From an uncultured virus (IMG/VR IMGVR_UViG_3300035191_000065) (Duplodnaviria; Heunggongvirae; Uroviricota; Caudoviricetes): a stretch of DNA of 41,556 nt. A program made the position numbers and the translations under genes. Below, piece by piece: positions 19,303-26,072 of the stretch. Location: IMG/VR virus record IMGVR_UViG_3300035191_000065. One strand, written 5' to 3'. Below the pieces are notes generated by a model. It worked only from the letters and a program-made list of their open reading frames with translations, was not told the DNA's origin and made no database searches. Numbering within the stretch: position 1 is the stretch's first letter; the number at the start of each line of letters is the position of its first letter.

Positions 19303-19905
19303 ATGTACGAATACAACACCGGAAAAAGTGTTTCGACCAAGCCATACCCTACGGCGCTCGGTGCGCTTGGCGATCGCTACATTCCTTTTAGCGAGACCAG
19401 GCGCGTAGCTCCTTGGGCGATCGCTGAGGTCTCTCTGGAAAACGTCAACTGTCGCTGTTACCACAATGCTCCGCGTGAAGAAGTGCTTCGGTCGTCTGTT
19501 CCGTACACCATGGAGATTTCCGTACCGGGGCACAACTTCATCTGCTCCTGCAATGCTTCAACGGAGTGTCCTCCCGAAGTACATCAGGGGGCACATCAGC
19601 GGGATCCGTGGCGTGAGCGCCGCTGCGCTGAATGGAGAGAGCAGTGGCTACAAGAGGGCGCTGATCTCATCGCGTCTCCGGGGTTCCGTGAGGCCATGAG
19701 CGAGAAGGTTCTTGACGTCGCTGGCATAACCGGTTGGCGAAGGAGGCTTGTCAAGCCGGCCGAGTTTCTTCAGGTCATCGAAGAACGAGAGCGGCGAGAG
19801 CGACCGATCAAGGCGTTTGCGATCATCACCCTTGCTGTTGGTGGAGGCGCCCTGTTCTGGACGTGGCTCCGCAAGCGTAAGAAAGCTCGTGAGGGCGAAG
19901 AATAG
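19303..19905 (+). CDS. C-terminally anchored membrane protein with YEY leader
   Basis: MYEYNTG..ALGALG; CxC motifs; TM followed by RKRKK. Confidence 0.8.
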   Translation: MYEYNTGKSVSTKPYPTALGALGDRYIPFSETRRVAPWAIAEVSLENVNCRCYHNAPREEVLRSSVPYTMEISVPGHNFICSCNASTECPPEVHQGAHQRDPWRERRCAEWREQWLQEGADLIASPGFREAMSEKVLDVAGITGWRRRLVKPAEFLQVIEERERRERPIKAFAIITLAVGGGALFWTWLRKRKKAREGEE

Positions 19906-19916
19906 CGTGAGGTTTT

Positions 19917-19937
19917 CATCCTCAGGACGGTTAGAAT
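19917..19937 (+). promoter_or_regulatory. Palindromic operator next to a -10-like hexamer
   Basis: CATCCTCAGGACG (19917-19929) followed by TAGAAT (19932-19937) in an intergenic gap. No good -35. Confidence 0.45.
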
Positions 19938-19948
19938 AGGTGAGGACG

Positions 19949-20551
19949 ATGAGAAATCAGACACTAAAAGCCAGGGCCATCAGCCGGAGTGACCGAAGCG
20001 CGTTCATGCAGCCTGTCCCCGAGCCCGCAGACATGCCGGCGATCTATCAGCCAGCTCTCAAGGAATTGGGCCTCGGAACGAACGGCAATGGGGATAACGG
20101 AAACTACGGCTGGCTGCCGCTTGGTGTCCTTGTCGCCATTGGCGTTGGGGCCTACTTCATCCACCGGTCCAGCAAGCGCGACGAGGAGTATGCCGAGTAC
20201 GCTCGCCGAGGGTGGACAGAGAACCGGGGGCGTAGGGCAAGCGGGACTGGAGAAGACGGCCTTCCGGATTTCGCCCCTGCCACTGTGAAGACCGTGTTCC
20301 GGAAGATGATGCAAAGTGCGATTCGACAGCAAGATGAACACGGAACCGGCCCATGGTCCATCTATTGGAGCAAGGGAAAGGACGGCGAATGGGCCGTCGG
20401 CGACAACTTCGACATAAAAGGATTTCTCGTTCTGAAGCCAGACGGCAGGTGGTACTACCGTTGGCACTGGGGTGATCGAAGGTTCAAAAGCAGCGGCGCT
20501 GCGTATAGGCGAGCGGCTCGATTCTTCGATGACATCGGGGAATACATGTAA
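19949..20551 (+). CDS. Single-TM protein with C-terminal aromatic/basic domain
   Basis: ELGLGTNGNGDNG, TM, TENRGRR, then a Trp-rich domain. Confidence 0.75.
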   Translation: MRNQTLKARAISRSDRSAFMQPVPEPADMPAIYQPALKELGLGTNGNGDNGNYGWLPLGVLVAIGVGAYFIHRSSKRDEEYAEYARRGWTENRGRRASGTGEDGLPDFAPATVKTVFRKMMQSAIRQQDEHGTGPWSIYWSKGKDGEWAVGDNFDIKGFLVLKPDGRWYYRWHWGDRRFKSSGAAYRRAARFFDDIGEYM

Positions 20552-20576
20552 TCCCGATTAAGGGAAGGGTGTAGAA

Positions 20577-20984
20577 ATGTCTCAGTACGTGCGAAGGACA
20601 TACGGACCCGGCGACATCGCCGCGCTTCCACCAACGATCGGACTGACGAGCCGGGAACCGACAATCGGTGCTGAGGACGTCGGCCGACCTATCAAGCCAG
20701 CTTTCCCGTTCAAGCCGATGCATCCGAAGGCTGGAGCACCGGTTCGACAGGCTGGGCTGTTTGGGATGGGCCTGGATTACCAGGTCTTTCCAACGGTTTA
20801 CTGTGGAGGTGCACCTGCCGGATCAGGCAATCGTGGAGCCGGTGCTGGCATGGGAACCAATGGCAGCGGAAACGGAAACGGAAACGGTGGTTGGATGCTC
20901 CCCGTGGGCGTCGGTCTGGCCATCGGAATCGGTCTCGCCTACATGCTGCGAAAGCGCGAGGAAGAGGCCGAGCTGGCTTTCTAG
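20577..20984 (+). CDS. Small Gly-rich membrane protein (paralog of 21012..21359)
   Basis: MSQYVRRTYGPG..PTIG; two GMG motifs; NG repeat; C-terminal TM; GGTGTAGAA before ATG. Confidence 0.8.
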   Translation: MSQYVRRTYGPGDIAALPPTIGLTSREPTIGAEDVGRPIKPAFPFKPMHPKAGAPVRQAGLFGMGLDYQVFPTVYCGGAPAGSGNRGAGAGMGTNGSGNGNGNGGWMLPVGVGLAIGIGLAYMLRKREEEAELAF

Positions 20985-21011
20985 GCCAGCAGGAATCAGG
21001 AGAGGTAGAAA

Positions 21012-21359
21012 ATGTCTCAGTACATCATGAAGTCTTACGGCCCCGGAAGCATCGGTGCGCTCATCCCGGGCGCAGCGCTCTCACATCCGCCGACGATCGG
21101 CTCGAACGATCCCATCAGGGATATCGGCTCAGCCGTTCACGGTGCGTCCAGGATTCCAGCGGCTCCGACGGGTCGCGTTCCCTCGATGGGGGGCTGCGGC
21201 TGTGGAATGGGTGTGGACAACGGCGTCTTCTCGAACGGCGACGGCGTGTTCAGCGGCATGGGAACGGCCAACGGCAACGGCAGCATGATGCCGTTCCTCG
21301 GTCTCATTCTCGCACCGGTCGCGGCGGTCGGCATCGTGTGGGGACTCTCCAAGCTCTAG
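21012..21359 (+). CDS. Small Gly-rich membrane protein
   Basis: MSQYIMKSYGPG..PTIG; GCGCGMG; FSGMG; C-terminal TM; GAGGTAGAAA before ATG. Confidence 0.8.
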   Translation: MSQYIMKSYGPGSIGALIPGAALSHPPTIGSNDPIRDIGSAVHGASRIPAAPTGRVPSMGGCGCGMGVDNGVFSNGDGVFSGMGTANGNGSMMPFLGLILAPVAAVGIVWGLSKL

Positions 21360-21368
21360 GAGGGTTCC

Positions 21369-21797
21369 ATGTACGAGTCGAACAGGTCGGGCGCTGGCTG
21401 CCTGGGCTGTGAGGAGAGCGGTCTCGGCGTAATCGGAATGATAGGCCGGCGTCTCGAAGGTGGTGCCGCGCTGGCGGCTCATGCATCGCAGCTCATGCAG
21501 GAGAACCCGCAAGGGTTCCAGGTGATGGCCGAGGCCCTTACTGCAGCTTCAGAGCAGCAGAAAGAGCAGCGACGACAAGAACACCTGGCGCGGCAAGAAG
21601 CTCAGCAGGCCGCGGATCAGGCTGAATGGGAGTCTGGTCGCCAGGCGACGCAAGAGCGACTAATGCGTCAACAGGCCGAGGCAGAGCAGCGAACTGGGAT
21701 GATCGTCATGGGGATTGGCGGTGTCGTCCTCCTCTCTCTGGTTGGCGGCGGTATTTGGTGGCTCGTCAAGAGAAGGCGAGCCGCGGAGGAGGAGTGA
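21369..21797 (+). CDS. Small membrane protein with GCLGC leader
   Basis: MYESNRSGAGCLGCEESGLG; Gln-rich helix; TM ending GGGIWWLVKRRR. Confidence 0.8.
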   Translation: MYESNRSGAGCLGCEESGLGVIGMIGRRLEGGAALAAHASQLMQENPQGFQVMAEALTAASEQQKEQRRQEHLARQEAQQAADQAEWESGRQATQERLMRQQAEAEQRTGMIVMGIGGVVLLSLVGGGIWWLVKRRRAAEEE

Positions 21798-22078
21798 TGT
21801 ACGAGTACAACCCTCACGGAATGGGAAGCGAGCCCGTTCTTCTCAACATCGGGCCACAGATTTCATCGATCGATCCGGAATTCGCTGCTCAGCAACAGGC
21901 GGCTCGTGCTGCTGCCGAGGCTGGAGAGGAAGACATCCCTCACCCGGAGCCTGGTGGTTTCGAGCATGAGGAGGGGCTCCCGTGGTGGGTTTGGGGCGTC
22001 GGAGGCGTGGCAATACTCGGGGCCATCGGTGGTGGTGTCTGGTGGTGGATGAAACGCGGCGAATCCGAGGAGGAGTAG
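21797..22078 (+). CDS. Small membrane protein with YEY leader
   Basis: MYEYNPHGMG; SIDP; PWWVWGVGG..GGGVWWWMKRGESEEE. Confidence 0.8.
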   Translation: MYEYNPHGMGSEPVLLNIGPQISSIDPEFAAQQQAARAAAEAGEEDIPHPEPGGFEHEEGLPWWVWGVGGVAILGAIGGGVWWWMKRGESEEE

Positions 22079-22081
22079 GCC

Positions 22082-22369
22082 ATGTATCAGGCAAGCACAT
22101 CAGGAACAGGTTGTCTTGGGTGCGGCCTGGGTACAGAGGATGATTCCTCGGGCCAAATGATGAGGATCGTGAGTATCGATCCTTCGGCCATTCGGTTCGC
22201 GTTGGCCGCTCGTCAGGGTGAAGTTACAGGCCTGCCAACAAATGGCCAGGTGAGTGCTCCTCCTGGGATGCCTTGGTGGGTTTGGGGCGTTGCTGGTGTT
22301 GGGCTGCTTGGTTTCATTGGCGCAGGCGTCTGGTGGTATCTGCGGCCGAGCGAAGAGGCAGCGGAGTAA
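22082..22369 (+). CDS. Small membrane protein with GCLGC leader
   Basis: MYQASTSGTGCLGCGLG; SIDP; PGMPWWVWGVAGV TM. Confidence 0.8.
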   Translation: MYQASTSGTGCLGCGLGTEDDSSGQMMRIVSIDPSAIRFALAARQGEVTGLPTNGQVSAPPGMPWWVWGVAGVGLLGFIGAGVWWYLRPSEEAAE

Positions 22370-22390
22370 CCGCGGTAGAAAAGGGTTTTC

Positions 22391-22747
22391 ATGTATCAGC
22401 AGAGCACAGCAGGGGCCGGGTGTCTTGGGTGCGGCCTTGGGTCAGTTATCGCATCGGTCCAAGATCGGGGGGGTATCAGCACTGTAGGTCCAGGGACTCT
22501 TCAGGCGACGAGCTTGATTTCGAGCCCCGGCGTTCGCGGCGTAATACAAGCCATCGAAAGAGGCGACATCGTGCTCCCCGATCCCGAGCAGCAGAGCACA
22601 ACAGATACTTACGCCCTTGATGAGCCAGGAGCCCCAGGGATGCCAATGTGGGTCTACGGTGTAGCTGGCGTTGGTATTCTCACACTCGTTGGCGGAGGCA
22701 TTTGGTGGCTCATCAAGCGTGGCGAGGGCGAAGAGTCCGAGGAGTAG
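22391..22747 (+). CDS. Small membrane protein with GCLGC leader
   Basis: MYQQSTAGAGCLGCGLG; PGMPMWVYGVAGV..GGGIWWLIKRGE. Confidence 0.8.
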   Translation: MYQQSTAGAGCLGCGLGSVIASVQDRGGISTVGPGTLQATSLISSPGVRGVIQAIERGDIVLPDPEQQSTTDTYALDEPGAPGMPMWVYGVAGVGILTLVGGGIWWLIKRGEGEESEE

Positions 22748-22760
22748 GTGGGGAGGATCG

Positions 22761-23147
22761 ATGTACGAATACATGACAGGACTTGGTACTGATGACGTCA
22801 GGCCGATGGGGGTCATGCCAGACGGAAGAACGATTCCTCCTGTCCATGAGTGGGACTGGGCGATCCCCGCGGATGCGAGGTTCCGCGGGATTCAGGTCCC
22901 TGAGACAGAGGAAGAGCGCGAAGCTTTTATGGCGCAGATCGAGGCTGGTCTGGTGCCTGAGGGAGTCTGGGTCAACCCACACTTCCGACAGTGGGGCCGA
23001 CGGCCCGAAGAGGGAGAGCCAGGTCACACGGTCGAGCCCGGCCCAGATCCTGAGAGCGGTGCTTACTGGGTCAAGATCGGGATCGTGTCTGTTGGGATCG
23101 TCGCTCTTATCGGCGGCATCGCTCTGTTCACAACAGCAGGGAAGTGA
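22761..23147 (+). CDS. Small membrane protein with YEYMTGLG leader
   Basis: GGAGG before ATG 22761; MYEYMTGLG; C-terminal TM. Confidence 0.8.
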   Translation: MYEYMTGLGTDDVRPMGVMPDGRTIPPVHEWDWAIPADARFRGIQVPETEEEREAFMAQIEAGLVPEGVWVNPHFRQWGRRPEEGEPGHTVEPGPDPESGAYWVKIGIVSVGIVALIGGIALFTTAGK

Positions 23148-23150
23148 TTC

Positions 23151-23414
23151 ATGCAGAGCCCTGACGCCAATATGCCGAACCAGATGCCGCTCTCAGACCC
23201 GGCGACGCTCGAACCGTTCGTGGAGCAATACGCTGTCGTCATAGGTCAGCAAGAGGCGGCGCTGCATCAGCATCCGGCGCAGGCAGTCGCAAATCAAGAG
23301 CTGGCCCGGGTGCGAGAAAGCCAGCGCCCGTGGTACGTGCGGAGACGATGCGATCTCGTGGCGTGGGGAGCCATCACGGGGATGGTCATCGGCTACATCC
23401 TGAGGTCGAGATGA
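23151..23414 (+). CDS. Small C-terminally anchored protein
   Basis: Fills the gap exactly; RPWY..LVAWGAITGMVIGYIL followed by RSR. Confidence 0.7.
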   Translation: MQSPDANMPNQMPLSDPATLEPFVEQYAVVIGQQEAALHQHPAQAVANQELARVRESQRPWYVRRRCDLVAWGAITGMVIGYILRSR

Positions 23415-23938
23415 CCCCGGTCATTGAAGTCGAATGTGAGGGACGCCCCATTCGTATCCGGCTGACGCCTGAGGGTCCTGAGTTTCTCAACTACGATATT
23501 GAGCACGACATCACGCTCGTCGAGATGGGTTACGACCCGACGGAGTGCTACACGCTGTGGCATCAGCTCGTTAACGAGCCTTATTCTTTCTACAGAGACA
23601 ACGGGTTTCTTCCAGAAAGTATGGAGGCCTCTTACGCTGTTCTAACGGTTTCAATCGAAAGCATAAAACCGTCGAATCGGTTTACGCTCGAAAGAGAAGA
23701 GAACGACCGTAAAGCGCTGAACTATGACACCTGGTTTGAGGTGCAAACAATTCAAAGAGGGTATCTCGTAAGTATCCCAGATGAAGATGGATTCTTTGAA
23801 GAGCTTCGAGGGGTAAGGAAGAAAGTTGGTTACAGCAAGAAGCTGATAGATATTTGTGCATACGCCGTGTCGATAGGTGTTTTTGTGGTGGAGTTCGCTG
23901 ATGACGCACCTGCGTTGACGGTGTCCGGTAGCTGGTAA
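23411..23938 (+). CDS. LxEMGY-module protein 1
   Basis: ATGA overlap; IEVECEG..YDIEHDITLVEMGYDPTEC. Confidence 0.8.
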   Translation: MTPVIEVECEGRPIRIRLTPEGPEFLNYDIEHDITLVEMGYDPTECYTLWHQLVNEPYSFYRDNGFLPESMEASYAVLTVSIESIKPSNRFTLEREENDRKALNYDTWFEVQTIQRGYLVSIPDEDGFFEELRGVRKKVGYSKKLIDICAYAVSIGVFVVEFADDAPALTVSGSW

Positions 23939-23940
23939 CC

Positions 23941-24480
23941 ATGTGGAAGATGCGCGCCATAGAGTTCGAGTGTGACGGAAAGACTGTTCTGGTACGTCCT
24001 GGAGAAGACGGCGAGCCAGAGTTCCTCGATTACGACCTTGATCACGATGTGACGCTCGCAGAGATGGGGTATCCAGCAAGCGAGTGCCTTCAGCTTTATC
24101 GCAAGTGGTCGATAAACCCCTACTCCTTCTGCGTCGAAATGGGGCTGTTGCCACCTGCCTTCGACTTTACGCGTCCGATGCTCGTTGTACCGCGGCGTAA
24201 TCTCCCGAAGATGATAAACAGAACCGTCACTCGCATCGGTAACGCGAGCGGTCCCGACGCCAACTGGTACGATCACTACTTCGAGGGTTGGGTAAATGGA
24301 GTCGTCTTTGAGATTCCGCTCGAACCGGGGGCGCGCGAGCAGCTCTACGAAGATGCTGAGCTGGACGAGTATTTCCCTGACATCGTTGATTTTGCCATCT
24401 CGAACGAGATCGAACTCATCAACTTCATGGACCCGGTAGCCGAGCTGCTCCCAGGCTTCCCGGAGTTTGAGCAGTATTAA
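23941..24480 (+). CDS. LxEMGY-module protein 2
   Basis: IEFECDG..YDLDHDVTLAEMGYPASEC; shares PYSF and a [IV]D.[CF]A-type tail with protein 1. Confidence 0.8.
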   Translation: MWKMRAIEFECDGKTVLVRPGEDGEPEFLDYDLDHDVTLAEMGYPASECLQLYRKWSINPYSFCVEMGLLPPAFDFTRPMLVVPRRNLPKMINRTVTRIGNASGPDANWYDHYFEGWVNGVVFEIPLEPGAREQLYEDAELDEYFPDIVDFAISNEIELINFMDPVAELLPGFPEFEQY

Positions 24481-24491
24481 CCGGAGGACTC

Positions 24492-26072
24492 ATGTACGAG
24501 TACAACACAAAAGGTCGACAGCCGCTGGGTCTCATAAACCTGTCGCGTGCTCAGATCTTCAGCCAGGGCCTTGGCGCGATTCAGCCCTCAGAGGCTCAGC
24601 TCTTCAGCGGCATGGGAGCCATCCAGCCCTCCGAAGCTCAGCTCTTTGACGGGATGGGGGCTATCCAGCCCTCCGGTGCGAAGGTGTATCGATTTGGACC
24701 TGGAATCGTCCAGAGGACGAGGTCTCAGCTCGTTGGGAGCTGCGATCCATCGATCGAAGAATGCTGCGTCGGATGTCAGAACTCGGCTCTCTCTAACGTC
24801 GGAGTCGAGGAAAGGACAGGACACTCCTGGCTGTTCTGGGTTGGAATCGGCCTTGGTGTGGGCGGTGCGCTCTACTTGCTTACAAAAAGCGGCATCTTCG
24901 AAAACCCCAGGGACGTCACCGATTCCGAGGCGGCTCAGCAGGCCGCTGCACTCGCAGTGCAGGCAGGGCTTCCCACCATCCTTTGGGGGCCTCCTGGAAT
25001 AGGGAAGTCGAGCTGGCTGGAAGCCCTCGGCGAAGCGATGAACGCCGAGGTCTTTACGGTCATCGGCTCAACCAAGGATCCAGCCGACATTGGCGGCATC
25101 ATGAATCTCGAAGGCAGAACGATCCCGCCCATGTGGGCTCAGAAGATTCGCAAGCGTTCGGACCAGCGAAAGCGCTCGGTTCTGTTCCTGGACGAGTTCA
25201 CGAGCATGAGCCCGCTCGTGCACGCCGCGCTGCTTCGAGTCGTTCGGGAAAAGATCGCCGGAGAGCTGAACTTCGACCCCACTGACAGGTATGTCTCAGT
25301 TGTCGCCGCCGCGAACGCCCCCGAGGAAGGTGCAGGCTCGATGGAGCTTCCTCCTCCGGCCGCTAACCGGCTCATTCATATCAAGTGGGTGCCGCCTTCT
25401 GTTGTGGAGTGGGGAGTGGGGCTTCTTTCTTCGGAGTGGCCAAAGCCTCAGCTCCCGGCACTCCCGAGAGACTGGAAGAGGACTCGTGAGGCTGTCAGCG
25501 CAGAGGAAGACGTCGCGGCTTTCGTCGCCTATCAGCAGAGGTACATGCTGGAACTGCCTGCGACATCGGCAGCAAGAGGCGAGGCATGGCCGAGCCCCAG
25601 GAGCTGGGAGATGGCTGCGGACGCTCTGGGCGCCGCCCGAGTCGTCAACGCTCCTCCCCAGGTCATCTTCAAGCTTGTCTCTGGTGCGGTCGGGATGCTG
25701 CCAGCCAAGAAGTTCTTCGATTGGCTCAACGACCGAGACGCTGTTGATGGACGAGACATTCTCGCAGCTCCCAAGAAATATGAGGTGCAGCTAGGTCGTC
25801 CTGACGTCCTCTATGCCGCCGCAAACGCTGTCGTAAACGAGGTCAAGAAGTCGCCGTCGCGGGATGCCTGGGAGCGGGCTTGGGAGTTCATGGAGCACGC
25901 CAGGGCGAAGTCTGACAGGCCAGAGGTGCTGGCGCTCGCGGCCGACAGGCTGATGGCCTTGACCAAAGACAAGCGCTTCGTGGCAGCCATCAAGGACGCG
26001 GAGATTCCCGAAGACGAAATGCTCGATGAGTATCGCGTCGAGGGTGTTCGAGTCTTCGGAGGTCTACGATGA
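24492..26072 (+). CDS. Membrane-anchored MoxR/AAA_5-type AAA+ ATPase A
   Basis: Walker A GPPGIGKS, Walker B VLFLDEF, sensor I AAAN, Arg finger PPPAANR, PSPRSWE. N-terminal MYEY leader, repeats, TM and ENP. Confidence 0.9.
   Translation: MYEYNTKGRQPLGLINLSRAQIFSQGLGAIQPSEAQLFSGMGAIQPSEAQLFDGMGAIQPSGAKVYRFGPGIVQRTRSQLVGSCDPSIEECCVGCQNSALSNVGVEERTGHSWLFWVGIGLGVGGALYLLTKSGIFENPRDVTDSEAAQQAAALAVQAGLPTILWGPPGIGKSSWLEALGEAMNAEVFTVIGSTKDPADIGGIMNLEGRTIPPMWAQKIRKRSDQRKRSVLFLDEFTSMSPLVHAALLRVVREKIAGELNFDPTDRYVSVVAAANAPEEGAGSMELPPPAANRLIHIKWVPPSVVEWGVGLLSSEWPKPQLPALPRDWKRTREAVSAEEDVAAFVAYQQRYMLELPATSAARGEAWPSPRSWEMAADALGAARVVNAPPQVIFKLVSGAVGMLPAKKFFDWLNDRDAVDGRDILAAPKKYEVQLGRPDVLYAAANAVVNEVKKSPSRDAWERAWEFMEHARAKSDRPEVLALAADRLMALTKDKRFVAAIKDAEIPEDEMLDEYRVEGVRVFGGLR
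24549..24675 (+). repeat. About three imperfect 42-bp tandem repeats encoding AQLFxGMGAIQPS
   Basis: AQIFSQGLGAIQPS-EAQLFSGMGAIQPS-EAQLFDGMGAIQPS. Confidence 0.85.

Noticed and set aside
2830..23414. Sortase (LPxTG), PEP-CTERM, MYXO-CTERM or prepilin signals as the explanation for the anchored proteins
   Set aside because: TM plus basic tail is similar, but no consistent signature precedes the TM, there are no N-terminal signal peptides, and G[ML]G is mostly not followed directly by a pilin-like hydrophobic helix.
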